Below, in pieces: positions 19,384 to 30,159 of a stretch of DNA of 64,000 nucleotides. Every line of letters begins with the position of its first letter. Within the stretch, counting starts at the first letter, position 1. The DNA comes from an uncultured Spirochaetales bacterium (GTDB lineage: Bacteria > Desulfobacterota_D > UBA1144), in the NCBI GenBank assembly GCA_964440275.1, contig CAYTRR010000013.1, positions 3,054 through 67,053 on the forward strand, written 5' to 3'. The notes under the pieces are model-generated. The model made no database searches and had not been told where the DNA came from. It was given only the letters and a program-made list of their open reading frames with translations. The position numbers and the translations under genes were made by a program.

Positions 19384-20079
19384 CTAAAGTTTACTTAAGA
19401 AAATTTCAAAAACATCTTCTCTTAATTTGTCAATTGAATCTTTATCATCGCTATAAGCACTAACATCAATTTCTGGTAGTATTTCTATTGTAATTTTGCC
19501 TGGAGTAATAAGAAGTGAATCTTTTTTAACAATTTCGCCAGACCCTTTAATTATCATGGGGACAATACTTGTATCAGTTTTTTTTGCAATATAGAAACCA
19601 CCATTTTTAAAATCCATTAATCCAGGATTTGGATTTCTGGTCCCTTCCGGAGCAATAAAAACAATTCTGCCATTTTTTATTTTTTTTAGCATTTTAACTA
19701 CTTCCCTTCTGTCATCAAACGAACCGTCGCGCGATACAAAGTAATGCCCCATAATTTTTACAGTCTGTCCAAAGAAAGGTATCTTCAATAATTCTTTCTT
19801 CATCATAGCTCTCCAGTCATATTTCATAAATGACGCAAAACAAAATATGTCGAACATGCTTTTGTGGTTATACATTACAATTAACGGTTTATCTTTTATG
19901 TTAGCTACTCCAGTTACTTCTAATTGGACATTGCAAGAAAAGATTATTATTTTTCCCCAAAATTTTACTATCGTCTTGTTTGCTAAGCTAGGAGAAAAAA
20001 AAGATATTAACATCGCCGGTATAGCTAGCAATACGGTCATAGAGGCTATTATCAACCACCTAAAATATGAAGATATCAT
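19384..20079 (-). CDS. plsC: 1-acyl-sn-glycerol-3-phosphate acyltransferase
   Basis: N-terminal TM helix, HX4D motif NHKSMFDIF and APEGTR. Confidence 0.88.
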   Translation of the reverse strand: MISSYFRWLIIASMTVLLAIPAMLISFFSPSLANKTIVKFWGKIIIFSCNVQLEVTGVANIKDKPLIVMYNHKSMFDIFCFASFMKYDWRAMMKKELLKIPFFGQTVKIMGHYFVSRDGSFDDRREVVKMLKKIKNGRIVFIAPEGTRNPNPGLMDFKNGGFYIAKKTDTSIVPMIIKGSGEIVKKDSLLITPGKITIEILPEIDVSAYSDDKDSIDKLREDVFEIFLSKL

Positions 20080-20169
20080 TATAAAATCATAATAAATAAC
20101 TTTTTTTTTTCAATTAATTTGATATAGAGCAAATTTTCAATAAAATACTATAGATATTGGAGGGGTCGC

Positions 20170-21189
20170 ATGATAATAATCCTTAAGAGTAATGCATCGA
20201 AGGATGACTTAAAAAAAATAAAAGAGGCTGTAAAAGAATTTGGCTATAAAGCTGAAGTAGTCGAAGGTGAATCAAAAACAATTGTTGGAGCCGTAGGTAA
20301 CCAAAAAGAAAAACAACAGCATATGAACTTAATAGGACAGCTTCCAGGAGTGGAAGCGGTTGTACCTATAATGCAACCTCACAAACTTGGAAGTCGAGAA
20401 TTCAAAAATGATGATTCTTCTTTTGCCGTTGGAAATACAAAAGTTGGTGGAACTAAAATTACAATAATAGCTGGTCCTTGTTCGGTAGAATCAGAAGATC
20501 AAATAACAGAAATCGCAAAAGCTGTAAAATTGAGTGGAGCCACAATACTAAGAGGTGGTGCCTTCAAACCAAGAACTTCTCCGTATACATTTCAAGGAAT
20601 GGGAGAAGAAGGGTTAAAACTTCTTAGAAAAGCTGGGGACATGGTTGATCTTCCAATAGTTACTGAAGTTCTAGATGTAGATGATTTGGATTTAGTTTGT
20701 GAATATACTGACATGATTCAAATTGGTGCAAGAAATTGCCAAAATTACGCTCTACTTAAAGCAATAGGAAAAAAGAACAAGCCTGTTCTTTTAAAAAGAG
20801 GTATGTCTACATCAATTAATGAATTCCTTCTATGCGCTGAATATCTTTTAGCTGAAGGCAATATGAATGTAGCACTATGTGAAAGAGGGATAAGAACTTT
20901 TGAAACAGCAACAAGAAACACTTTTGATATTAATGCTATTCCAGTATTAAAAGAAAAAACACACTTGCCAGTTATTGCTGATCCAGCTCATGGTACAGGT
21001 TATTGGCAGTATGTATCCCCTATTGCGTATGCAGCAATTGCAGCAGGTGCTGATGGATTAGCTGTCGAAGTACATAATAATCCTGAAGTAGCTCTTAGCG
21101 ATGGTGGTCAATCGTTAAAGCCTAAGAAGTTTCAAATCATGGTTGATAAATCAAGGATAATTGCCGAGGCAATAGGAAAGAAAGTTTAA
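20170..21189 (+). CDS. 3-deoxy-7-phosphoheptulonate (DAHP) synthase, type I-beta with N-terminal ferredoxin-like regulatory domain
   Basis: Core IIAGPCSVES, GAFKPRTSPY, LKRG and ADPAHG. A roughly 70-aa N-terminal extension resembles the Thermotoga-type enzyme. GGAGGGG Shine-Dalgarno lies just upstream. Confidence 0.88.
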   Translation: MIIILKSNASKDDLKKIKEAVKEFGYKAEVVEGESKTIVGAVGNQKEKQQHMNLIGQLPGVEAVVPIMQPHKLGSREFKNDDSSFAVGNTKVGGTKITIIAGPCSVESEDQITEIAKAVKLSGATILRGGAFKPRTSPYTFQGMGEEGLKLLRKAGDMVDLPIVTEVLDVDDLDLVCEYTDMIQIGARNCQNYALLKAIGKKNKPVLLKRGMSTSINEFLLCAEYLLAEGNMNVALCERGIRTFETATRNTFDINAIPVLKEKTHLPVIADPAHGTGYWQYVSPIAYAAIAAGADGLAVEVHNNPEVALSDGGQSLKPKKFQIMVDKSRIIAEAIGKKV

Positions 21190-21800
21190 AAATCATTATC
21201 AATAAAAACTCTTCTACCTTCTATTCTATTAATTTTTCCTTCCGCAATTAACTGTATTGCTTTTGGTAGTATTTCATGCTCTTTTTGATGAATTTTTTCC
21301 AACAAGCTTTCTTCGTCGTCATTTTGCACTACATCTACAACTCCTTGTAGAATAATAGGCCCCGTATCAACACCATCGTCAACATAATGGACTGTGCATC
21401 CTGCATATCTTGCTCCATATTCGAGTGCTTGCTTAGGTGCATTAAGCCCTGTAAACGCTGGCAATAAGGAAGGATGAAGATTTATAACCTTTTTTTCGAA
21501 ATGCTGTATGAAAAAAGGTGATAAAATCCTCTTGAATCCAGCTAAAACAATTAAATCAAGATTGAATTGACTGATATGGTTAATCACTTCTTTTTCGAAG
21601 TCTTTCCTAGATTCAAAGCCTTTATGAGATAACAAAATGGATTGTACAGAAAGATTCTTTGCACGTTCTAGAACTTTAGCTTTCTCGACATTACAAAATA
21701 ACAATGATATTTCAACATTTGGTATTTGAGCCTTTACAATGGCCTCAAAATTTGATCCACTTCCAGAAGAAAATATAGCAACTTTAAACTTATCGGACAT
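21186..21800 (-). CDS. purN: Phosphoribosylglycinamide formyltransferase
   Basis: VAIFSSGSGSNFEAIV, INLHPSLLPAF and VDDGVDTGPII; 204 aa. Confidence 0.95.
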   Translation of the reverse strand: MSDKFKVAIFSSGSGSNFEAIVKAQIPNVEISLLFCNVEKAKVLERAKNLSVQSILLSHKGFESRKDFEKEVINHISQFNLDLIVLAGFKRILSPFFIQHFEKKVINLHPSLLPAFTGLNAPKQALEYGARYAGCTVHYVDDGVDTGPIILQGVVDVVQNDDEESLLEKIHQKEHEILPKAIQLIAEGKINRIEGRRVFIDNDF

Positions 21801-21814
21801 AACGAGAACTATGA

Positions 21815-21929
21815 TTAGGCGGCTACCTACTTTCCCAAAACTTCGCGTCTCAGTATCATCGGCCTCTGAGGACTTAACTGCCGGGTTCGGAATGGAACCG
21901 GGTGTACCCCCTCCAGTTTGGCCGCCTAA
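21815..21929 (-). rRNA. rrf: 5S ribosomal RNA (isolated, no 23S in the window)
   Basis: The reverse complement reads TTAGGCGGCCAAACTGGAGGGGGTACACCCGGTTCCATTCCGAACCCGGCAGTTAAGTCCTCAGAGGCCGATGATACTGAGACGCGAAGTTTTGGGAAAGTAGGTAGCCGCCTAA. Helix I is TTAGGCGGC/GCCGCCTAA. It carries the conserved CCGAAC and GTAGG elements of bacterial 5S. It is GC-rich relative to its flanks. Confidence 0.93.
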
Positions 21930-21937
21930 AGGATAAA

Positions 21938-21965
21938 ATCATAAACAAAAATATTTTCTTGTCAA
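21938..21965 (-). promoter_or_regulatory. Putative sigma70 promoter dedicated to the 5S rRNA gene
   Basis: On the minus strand: -35 TTGACA (21965-21960), 16-nt spacer, -10 TATGAT (21943-21938). The -10 ends 8 nt before the predicted mature 5S 5' end (21929). The -35 begins 6 nt after the rpoD stop codon. Confidence 0.5.
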
Positions 21966-21971
21966 TAAAAT

Positions 21972-23312
21972 CTACTCTAAATAGTTAAGAACAGGTGATT
22001 TTCTCAATTTTTTTAGTTTTTTCAAGGCTTTCAATTCTATTTGTCTGATTCTTTCCCTAGTAACATTAAACATAGTTCCGATTTCTTCTAGAGTAAAAAC
22101 TTGGTCTTCGTCAATACCAAAACGTTTCTTTATAACATCTTTTTCTCTCTCATTTAAAACCTTTAATAATGAATCATTGATTATTTGTTTTAATTCATTA
22201 TTTTCAAAATATTCATACTGCGATGGGCTTGTGTCATCTTTTACTGAGTCCAATAAAGTTTGTGTTGAATCGTTATCGCTAATTGGTGCATCTAAAGCTA
22301 TCGGGTCTTTAGTCACTCTTAATATTTTTTCAATCTTATCAATATCAAAGTTTGATTTTTCCGCTAACTCCTCAGATGTTGGTTCTCTTCCTAATTTTTG
22401 AACTAATTGTCTTGAAATAGAAAATATTCTATTTATTTGTTCTGTCATGTGTACTGGAATTCGAATAATCCTTGCTTGATCTGCTAATGCACGGGTAATT
22501 GATTGCCTAATCCACCATGTTGCATAAGTGGAAAATTTATATCCTCTTTGATGTTCAAACTTTTCAACAGCTCTAATTAATCCTATGTTGCCTTCTTGAA
22601 TTAAATCTAAAAAGGGTAAACCTTTGTTGATATATCTTCTTGCAATACTAACTACTAATCTTAAATTTGACTCTACAAGCCTATTCTTCGAAGTTATATA
22701 GTTTAATTTTGCTTTATGGAATTCTCTTATTTCAGATGAATCAAATTTGTCTTTCTTCATGAAAATATAAATTTTATGCAAAATATCAGAAGTAAATTCA
22801 ATTTCTAGAAGATCTAACTTGAGCATTTTTTTGTCTTTTTTTGTAAAGTTCTTTTTTAAAAGAATCTGTTGAATAATTTGGGAAACATTCCCCGTTCTTC
22901 TGTTAGCGTAGTCACCCATTTTTCTTTTGTTATTTTTTTTTGCTTCGGTATCAAAGTCTATTAAATCAGATTCATCTCTAGAGTCTAGATATGACTTGAA
23001 TAACAAAGAAAGAATTTTTGAGTCAGAAACCATGGTGGTGCATATTTGTTCTTTCGAATTGCTGAGTTTAGATGCCACTTCGGTTTCTTCAGACTTATTT
23101 AACAATGAATGAAAAGCTATGCTATTAAGATAACTTTTGACAGAATCTTCACTATGATCTGCTGAAGCTTGGAGATTTATAACTTTTTTACTATCTTTTT
23201 TTTGTTTTTTTGGAAATTTAATTTTTGGTAGTACTTTAGATATAAATTGTGGAAGAAATTCCATTGCGACCACTAAATTGTTTTTTACTGTTTCTCGTTG
23301 GATGTTCTGCAT
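21972..23312 (-). CDS. rpoD: RNA polymerase primary sigma factor (sigma-70 family, group 1)
   Basis: Region 1.2 [16 protein letters not shown], region 2 [54 protein letters not shown], regions 3 and 4 present. It sits in an rpsU-dnaG-rpoD arrangement. The short basic N-terminus has no obvious acidic region 1.1. Confidence 0.93.
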   Translation of the reverse strand: MQNIQRETVKNNLVVAMEFLPQFISKVLPKIKFPKKQKKDSKKVINLQASADHSEDSVKSYLNSIAFHSLLNKSEETEVASKLSNSKEQICTTMVSDSKILSLLFKSYLDSRDESDLIDFDTEAKKNNKRKMGDYANRRTGNVSQIIQQILLKKNFTKKDKKMLKLDLLEIEFTSDILHKIYIFMKKDKFDSSEIREFHKAKLNYITSKNRLVESNLRLVVSIARRYINKGLPFLDLIQEGNIGLIRAVEKFEHQRGYKFSTYATWWIRQSITRALADQARIIRIPVHMTEQINRIFSISRQLVQKLGREPTSEELAEKSNFDIDKIEKILRVTKDPIALDAPISDNDSTQTLLDSVKDDTSPSQYEYFENNELKQIINDSLLKVLNEREKDVIKKRFGIDEDQVFTLEEIGTMFNVTRERIRQIELKALKKLKKLRKSPVLNYLE

Positions 23313-23350
23313 AAAAATGAATCTCTAAATAATGAAGTATTAATAGTAAC

Positions 23351-25111
23351 TTATTTTTTTAACATTTTCTCTTGGTCAAGGAGTATTTGTAAATCACTCA
23401 GTAGTTGTTTTTCTTCGGTTGTATCTAAATCACTATTATTGTTTAATTTTAAATTGATTTTTCTTTTTTTGTTTTTAATAGTGTCCAATTTATTTTTTTT
23501 GATACAATCATCAATAATCTTCATATTTATTGAGTCAGTTTCGCCGATGATATATGGGTTAAAGAGCAAACTGGATATATAATTTCTTATTTCTTCGTTA
23601 TCAGCATTATTAATTAATTCAGAGGGATTCTGTTTTTGATTTTTTTCAAGCAAATTTATTATATCTTTAAAGTTTTTAGAATCAAAAAGTGTTGTTAAAT
23701 CATTAAATATTTGGTCATTCCTCAAGTTTGGCTTCTCAATTAATATCTTTAGAATTACTTCGTCAGCAGATAAATTAAGGTGCTTTGGGTTTTGTGTTTC
23801 AGAATTTTTGGTAGAAGTTGTCCTATAAAATACTTTTTCAAATTCAATTTTTGAAATACCAAAAGTTGAAATAAAGTTGTTTATAGAAATATCACTTTGT
23901 ATTCTGTCTTTTACATATCTAATTTTTGTTATAAATTGATCAATAACTTCATTAATGGAAATATCTTTATCTATAAATTGTTTTTTTAAATAATCAATAT
24001 ATTCGTTGATAATTAATGTTGATTTCTTTGCTTTCTCTATAAATTCTTCCTTGCCATATTCTTCAATGAAAGAACAAGGATCATGCTTTTCACCTAATTT
24101 TAACATGTAGACCTCTATACCTAGTTGGTACAATGGCTCAATGTTTTTAAAAGATGCATTAATTCCTGCTTTGTCTGAATCGTAACACAAAATCACTTTG
24201 TTAGAATATTTTTTGATTTCGTTTGCATGTTCAATTGTTAAGGCAGTTCCCATTGTAGCAACGACATTGTAAAATTTATATTTGTTCATCATCATTACAT
24301 CGGTGTACCCTTCAACAATAAAAATATAATTTGACTTGCCTCTTTTAAGATTTGAAAATTTATTAATTCCATACAACATCTTTCTTTTTAAAAAGATTTC
24401 TGATTCAGGTGAATTTATATATTTAGGTGTTTCATTGTTGATAGATCTCCCTGCGAAACCTAAAACTTGATTCTGTCTATTGGCAATTGGGAATATAATC
24501 CTATTTCTAAAAAAGTCATAGAGTTTATGTTCTTCTTCTTTCTTTATAATTAGTCCCAACTTTACTGCTAAATCCATATTTTTTTTATCTTTATTTATGA
24601 AAGAGACAAGGAAATCCCATTTGTTTGGAGCTAAACCTAAATTGTTCTCAGCAATATCTTTTTTATCAAATCCTCTTTTTTTTAAATAATCTAATGCATC
24701 TTTACCGTTTTTGCTTTGTAATAAGAATTTATTAAAAAGATTGCTAATTTCGTTATTGAAATTATAAAGTTCTTTCTTGGTATTTAAATCTTCTTGAAAA
24801 TTAGTCTTTGCTTTTCTGATTTTAATATTAAAAAAATCACAAATCTCATCTATTGCCTCAGCTGAATTTAAATTTTTAAATTCTTTAACAAAAGTAATCA
24901 GATTTCCACCTGCTTTGCATGAAAAACAGTGATAGAGTCCTTTGGAGTCGTTAACAGACATAGACGGATTGCTATCATCATGAAAAGGACATCGAGTTAA
25001 AAAATTTGAACCAACTTTCTTGAGTGGAGCCCAATGTTTTTCAATATACTCCACCAGAGAAGTCTTATCTAAGAGGTTCCCAAAATCGGTATATTGATCA
25101 TTTGGCGGCAT
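23351..25111 (-). CDS. dnaG: DNA primase
   Basis: Zinc finger CPFHDDSNPSMSV...YHCFSCKAGGN and TOPRIM IVEGYTDVM; 586 aa. Confidence 0.95.
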   Translation of the reverse strand: MPPNDQYTDFGNLLDKTSLVEYIEKHWAPLKKVGSNFLTRCPFHDDSNPSMSVNDSKGLYHCFSCKAGGNLITFVKEFKNLNSAEAIDEICDFFNIKIRKAKTNFQEDLNTKKELYNFNNEISNLFNKFLLQSKNGKDALDYLKKRGFDKKDIAENNLGLAPNKWDFLVSFINKDKKNMDLAVKLGLIIKKEEEHKLYDFFRNRIIFPIANRQNQVLGFAGRSINNETPKYINSPESEIFLKRKMLYGINKFSNLKRGKSNYIFIVEGYTDVMMMNKYKFYNVVATMGTALTIEHANEIKKYSNKVILCYDSDKAGINASFKNIEPLYQLGIEVYMLKLGEKHDPCSFIEEYGKEEFIEKAKKSTLIINEYIDYLKKQFIDKDISINEVIDQFITKIRYVKDRIQSDISINNFISTFGISKIEFEKVFYRTTSTKNSETQNPKHLNLSADEVILKILIEKPNLRNDQIFNDLTTLFDSKNFKDIINLLEKNQKQNPSELINNADNEEIRNYISSLLFNPYIIGETDSINMKIIDDCIKKNKLDTIKNKKRKINLKLNNNSDLDTTEEKQLLSDLQILLDQEKMLKK

Positions 25112-25121
25112 TTAATTTAAT

Positions 25122-25316
25122 TTATTTGGATATTCTCTTTTTTTTGTTTATGCGTTTTTTGGCAGCAAAAAGCTTTTTTTTCTTAGTTTCACTTGGTTTC
25201 TCGAAATACTCTTTCCTTTTTGCATCAGAGAGTACGCCACCCTTTTCTACCTGTCTCTTAAATCTTCTAAGGGCATTTTCTAGATTCTCGTTAGTTCCTA
25301 CATATATTCCTGGCAT
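25122..25316 (-). CDS. rpsU: 30S ribosomal protein S21
   Basis: The 64-aa basic protein ENLENALRRFKRQVEKGGVLSDAKRKEYFEKPSE matches S21. Confidence 0.93.
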   Translation of the reverse strand: MPGIYVGTNENLENALRRFKRQVEKGGVLSDAKRKEYFEKPSETKKKKLFAAKKRINKKKRISK

Positions 25317-25371
25317 ACAATCTCCTATAAGGTAGAAAATCTATATCAGTATCAATTTAATGTCAAGGAAA

Positions 25372-27339
25372 CTATTTATTTATAATTTTTAAAGCCTTAG
25401 ATACTATATTTTCTTTAGTAATTTTGAAATGTTTATATAAATCATCTTTTGGAGCACTTGAACCAAAAGTTTCTACAGAAACAACATGTGATAAGCTATC
25501 AAAATAGGTTCTCCATCCTAAAGACAGTCCAGCTTCCACAACAATTAAAGGTGCTTGTCCAAGGATACTTTCTCTATTTTTTTTAGTTCTTTTTGTGAAG
25601 TTTTCAATACATGGCATAGATACTACCGTTGCATTTAAATCTTGATTGTTAATTTCTTCTGCAGCTGAAATTGCAATCTCGACTTCTGAACCGGAAGCAA
25701 CAATAGTTATATCTCTCGTTTTTTTTGAACCGTAGACAACTTTAGCTGAAGGGGCTATCAAATTCTTATTGATTATAGGTGAAGGTTTTGTTATGACAGA
25801 TAAATCTTGTCTTGATAATGCAATTACTGAAGGTTTGTCAGAAACTAAAGCATCCATCCAACAATCTAGTGTTTCATTTAAATCGCAAGGTCTATAAATA
25901 TTTAAATTTGGTATAGATCTTAAACTTAAAAGATGTTCTACTGGTTGATGTGTAGTACCATCTTCTCCTAAACCAATCGAATCATGCGTCATAATATAAA
26001 TAACTTTCAATCCCATGATAGCTGAAAGCCTTATAGATGGTCTACAATAGTCAGTAAATATCAAAAAAGTTCCACCATAAGGAATAACTCCTTTGTGAAG
26101 TGAAAGACCATTCATTATTGAAGCCATGCCATGTTCTCTAATTCCATAATGAACGTATCGACCTCCATAATTTCTACGGTTTAGTTCTGACATCGGATTG
26201 ATTTTTGTATTGTTTGATGGAGTTAAATCAGCTGATCCCCCTATCAACTCTGGTATCTCAGGTATCAATATATTTAAAACTTTTTCACTAGCCTTTCTAG
26301 TAGATATTTTTTGTATAGCATTATTTTGTTTGTAAAATTCTTTCGAAATACGATGAATTAAATTCTTAGTAATTGGATTCCCTATTGATTTTTTAAACTC
26401 TTTGGATTTTTTATGTGTATTTAATTTTTTCTCCCAGTTAATCCTTTTCTTTATTGATCTTTTGCCAGACTTCCTCCAGTAAGCTAAAACATCTTTTGGA
26501 ATCACAAAAGGCTTATAAGTCCAATTTAGATTTTTTCGCGTTTGCTCTATCTCTTTATCACCTAAAGCTGCACCATGAGATTTTTCAGAGCCTTCCTTGT
26601 TTGGTGAACCAAAACCTATTTTTGTTTTACACGCAATCATTGTGGGTTTGCTAGATTTCCTAGCTTTTACGATTGCCTTCCTTATTTGAACATGATTATG
26701 ACCATTTATATTGATAAAATTCCATCCATAAGATTCGATTCTTTTTCTTGTATCATCTGATGAAGCAAGACTTGTCGGACCATCAATTGAAATTTGATTA
26801 TCATCAAAAAACACAATTAGTTTATTTAATTGCATATGTCCTGCGAAACTTAATACTTCATGACTAAGACCCTCCATTAGACATCCATCGCCAGCAAATG
26901 CATATGTATAGTGATTTACAAGACTATTTCCAAAGCGGCTATTTTGTATTCTTTCTGCTAAAGCCATACCAACTGCATTGCCTAAACCCTGAGCAAGTGG
27001 ACCAGTGGTTGTCTCGACTCCAGTTGTAAATTCATACTCTGGGTGGCCTGGTGTTTTAGAACCTAGCTGGCGAAATCTTTTAATCTCATTAATCGAAGGT
27101 TCTGGATAACCTAGTAAATATAGGAGTGAGTAAAGCAGCATTGAACCATGGCCATTAGATAAAACGAATCTATCCCTATCCGGCCAATTTGATTTTTTGG
27201 GATCAAAGTTAAGGAACTCTGTGAAGAGTATGGTTGCAATATCAGCCATACCCATAGGCATTCCAGGGTGGCCTGAATTGGCTTTCTGGATGGCGTCAAT
27301 AGATAAGAATCGTAGTGAATTTGGTATCCTAGAGTCCAT
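25372..27339 (-). CDS. tkt: Transketolase
   Basis: SGHPGMPMG, canonical ThDP motif FAGDGCLMEG, HDSIGLGEDGTTHQP; 655 aa. Confidence 0.96.
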   Translation of the reverse strand: MDSRIPNSLRFLSIDAIQKANSGHPGMPMGMADIATILFTEFLNFDPKKSNWPDRDRFVLSNGHGSMLLYSLLYLLGYPEPSINEIKRFRQLGSKTPGHPEYEFTTGVETTTGPLAQGLGNAVGMALAERIQNSRFGNSLVNHYTYAFAGDGCLMEGLSHEVLSFAGHMQLNKLIVFFDDNQISIDGPTSLASSDDTRKRIESYGWNFININGHNHVQIRKAIVKARKSSKPTMIACKTKIGFGSPNKEGSEKSHGAALGDKEIEQTRKNLNWTYKPFVIPKDVLAYWRKSGKRSIKKRINWEKKLNTHKKSKEFKKSIGNPITKNLIHRISKEFYKQNNAIQKISTRKASEKVLNILIPEIPELIGGSADLTPSNNTKINPMSELNRRNYGGRYVHYGIREHGMASIMNGLSLHKGVIPYGGTFLIFTDYCRPSIRLSAIMGLKVIYIMTHDSIGLGEDGTTHQPVEHLLSLRSIPNLNIYRPCDLNETLDCWMDALVSDKPSVIALSRQDLSVITKPSPIINKNLIAPSAKVVYGSKKTRDITIVASGSEVEIAISAAEEINNQDLNATVVSMPCIENFTKRTKKNRESILGQAPLIVVEAGLSLGWRTYFDSLSHVVSVETFGSSAPKDDLYKHFKITKENIVSKALKIINK

Positions 27340-27438
27340 TACTAGAAATACAGTATCCTAAAGAAATTAAAATTTAAAGTTTTTTGAGAGAATAATTGAA
27401 AAAATAAATTACTAATATAAAATTCAATATCTAATAAA

Positions 27439-28716
27439 ATGGCTACAGTAACATATTTAAAAGCAAGGCAAATATTGGATTCACGTGGCACACCAACAGT
27501 TGAAGCTGATATGAGGCTTGATACTGGTGATACTTGCAGAGCTTCAGTTCCTTCAGGGGCCTCAACTGGATCATACGAATCCATTGAATTGAGAGATAAA
27601 GATAAAAATAGATTTGACGGAAAAGGTGTTTTAAAGGCAGTAGAAAATATCAATTCATTAATAGCCAAGGAGGTCAAAAATAAAAAATTTGATTCTCTTA
27701 ATGAGTTCGATTCGTTTCTGATAAATTTAGATGGTACGGAGAATAAATCAAGAATTGGAGCAAATGCAATCCTAGCATGTTCATTGGCTTTTTTAAAATG
27801 TAGTGCTAAAAATATGGATAAAGAAATTTATGAATTTTTAAATTCAAGTGGTACTTATATTTTGCCTACTCCATTGATGAATATAATAAATGGAGGAGCT
27901 CACGCTAACAATGGTCTTGATATTCAGGAATTCATGATTGTTCCTGGGGGTTTTGACACTTTCTCAGAAAGTTTGAGAGCCGGCGTTGAAACATTTATGT
28001 GCCTTAAAAAGATTTTACTGGAAAAGAATTACTCTACAGCTGTTGGTGACGAAGGAGGTTTTGCTCCTGATTTAAAATCGAACGAAGAAGCCTTAGACTT
28101 GATATCTTTGTCTGTTAAAAAGGCTGGTTACAAATTAGGTGAAGAAATTTATTTGGCATTAGATGTAGCTGCATCAGAAATATACAGCAACAAAAAATAT
28201 AAAATTGATGGGAATCTGCTTAATCCAGAAGAGCTTATAGGGTATTACAAAAAACTTTCTAAAAATTATCCAATTATATCAATTGAAGATCCTATCGATG
28301 AGAATGACTGGAATAGTTGGACAGATTTAACATCTGAGATAGGGGACAGCTTACAAATAGTAGGTGATGATTTATTTGTGACTAACGAAACAAGACTTAA
28401 CGAAGGTATAAAAAATAATGCTGCAAATAGTATATTAATTAAAATTAATCAAATTGGTTCAATTTCCGAGACACTAAAAACTATTAATCTTGCAGCCTCA
28501 AACAACTACTCTTATATTGTATCTCATAGATCTGGAGAGACAGAGGACTCTAGTATTTCTGATATAGCTGTTGGAACGTCTTCGGGTCAAATAAAAACTG
28601 GTTCTTGTTCAAGATCAGATAGGACTGCAAAATACAATCAGTTGATGAGAATTGAGGATTCTCTTGGTGATAATGCAGAATTTGCAAAATTATCAACTTT
28701 TAATAAAAAACTTTAA
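27439..28716 (+). CDS. eno: Enolase
   Basis: ILDSRGTPTVEA, VGDDLFVTN, IKINQIGS and SHRSGETEDSSISDIAV. Confidence 0.97.
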   Translation: MATVTYLKARQILDSRGTPTVEADMRLDTGDTCRASVPSGASTGSYESIELRDKDKNRFDGKGVLKAVENINSLIAKEVKNKKFDSLNEFDSFLINLDGTENKSRIGANAILACSLAFLKCSAKNMDKEIYEFLNSSGTYILPTPLMNIINGGAHANNGLDIQEFMIVPGGFDTFSESLRAGVETFMCLKKILLEKNYSTAVGDEGGFAPDLKSNEEALDLISLSVKKAGYKLGEEIYLALDVAASEIYSNKKYKIDGNLLNPEELIGYYKKLSKNYPIISIEDPIDENDWNSWTDLTSEIGDSLQIVGDDLFVTNETRLNEGIKNNAANSILIKINQIGSISETLKTINLAASNNYSYIVSHRSGETEDSSISDIAVGTSSGQIKTGSCSRSDRTAKYNQLMRIEDSLGDNAEFAKLSTFNKKL

Positions 28717-28738
28717 TTCTGTATTATAATATTTTCAA

Positions 28739-30157
28739 ATGAAAAGTAAGACTTTATTCGAGAAAATTTGGGAAAAGCATGTTGTCCACGAAGAAGATGG
28801 AAAGCCAACACTTTTATATATCGACCTTCATCTTGTTCATGAAGTCACTTCTCCACAAGCATTTGAAGGTTTAAGAGAAACCAACAGGCAAGTAAGAAGA
28901 AAAGATTTGACCTTTGCAACAATGGACCACAACGTTCCAACAATTAATAGAAATAAAATAGAAGATGAAGTTTCTGCAAAGCAGATTGATGCTCTGAGAA
29001 AAAATTGTTCTGATTTTGATGTTGAATTATTTGATTTATCAAGTCCTTATCAAGGAATAGTTCATGTAATTGGACCAGAGCAGGGTTTGACCAGACCTGG
29101 GATGACTATAGTTTGTGGTGATAGCCACACATCGACACATGGTGCATTTGGCTCACTTGCTTTTGGAATAGGTACGAGTGAAGTGGAACACGTCTTAGCA
29201 ACCCAGTGTCTATGGCAAAATCGGCCTAAAACATTCGAAGTCAGAGTGGATGGGAAAAGACCAAAAGGGGTTACTGCAAAAGATATAATTCTTACTATTA
29301 TTGGAGAAATAGGCACAGCTGGAGCAACAGGTACCGTTGTCGAATACAGAGGTGAGACTATAGCATCATTATCTATGGAACAGAGAATGACAATATGTAA
29401 TATGTCTATCGAGGCCGGAGCAAGAGCTGGAATGATAAGTCCAGACGAAATTACTTTTGAGTATTTAAAAAACAAGCCAAGAATCAAAGAAAGTGGTAAC
29501 TATGAGCAGCTAGTAAAAGCTTGGACTGGTCTAGCTACTGATGATGGTGCTGAATTTGATAACTCAATAAGTTTAAATGCAAGTGAAATGTCACCACAAG
29601 TAAGTTGGGGAACAAGTCCTGGAATGGTAACTTCCGTAACAGGCAATGTTCCAAATCCGAAAAACGAAGAAGACCCTGTGAAAAGAAAATCTATACAATC
29701 TGCTCTAGATTACATGAATCTTAAACCTGATACTAAGATTGAAGATATTAAATTAGATACTGTTTTCATTGGTTCTTGTACAAATTCTAGGATTGAAGAT
29801 TTAATTGCAGCTAGCAAGGTAATAGAGGGGAACAAAGTATCATCCAATATTAATGCCATTGTCGTTCCAGGATCACAACTAGTAAAACATCAAGCTGAGA
29901 AACTTGGTTTAGATAAAATATTTAAAGATGCGGGTTTTGATTGGAGGGAGTCTGGATGCAGCATGTGCTTAGGAATGAATCCAGATCAATTATCTCCTGG
30001 CGAAAGATGCGCTAGTACGTCAAATAGGAACTTTGAAGGAAGGCAAGGCAAAGGAGGAAGAACTCACTTGGTTAGTCCGATAATGGCTGCAGCTGCTGCA
30101 ATAAATGGAAGGTTTGTGGATATTAGATCTTACGATATAGATTTCGGTGAATATTAA
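28739..30157 (+). CDS. leuC: 3-isopropylmalate dehydratase large subunit
   Basis: [30 protein letters not shown] and the CSMCLGMN cluster-ligand cysteines. Confidence 0.96.
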   Translation: MKSKTLFEKIWEKHVVHEEDGKPTLLYIDLHLVHEVTSPQAFEGLRETNRQVRRKDLTFATMDHNVPTINRNKIEDEVSAKQIDALRKNCSDFDVELFDLSSPYQGIVHVIGPEQGLTRPGMTIVCGDSHTSTHGAFGSLAFGIGTSEVEHVLATQCLWQNRPKTFEVRVDGKRPKGVTAKDIILTIIGEIGTAGATGTVVEYRGETIASLSMEQRMTICNMSIEAGARAGMISPDEITFEYLKNKPRIKESGNYEQLVKAWTGLATDDGAEFDNSISLNASEMSPQVSWGTSPGMVTSVTGNVPNPKNEEDPVKRKSIQSALDYMNLKPDTKIEDIKLDTVFIGSCTNSRIEDLIAASKVIEGNKVSSNINAIVVPGSQLVKHQAEKLGLDKIFKDAGFDWRESGCSMCLGMNPDQLSPGERCASTSNRNFEGRQGKGGRTHLVSPIMAAAAAINGRFVDIRSYDIDFGEY

Positions 30158-30159
30158 AA

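Noticed and set aside
21972-23312. RpoD lacking region 1.1, as a notable feature.
   Set aside because: The N-terminus before region 1.2 is short and basic. Primary sigma factors without an acidic region 1.1 are known in several phyla, so it is not distinctive enough without a comparative alignment.
27342-27677. A 111-aa minus-strand ORF spanning the tkt-eno intergenic region and the start of eno.
   Set aside because: It overlaps the conserved enolase N-terminus in antisense. It has no motifs and no plausible ribosome-binding context. The 99-nt spacer is better read as a divergent promoter region.
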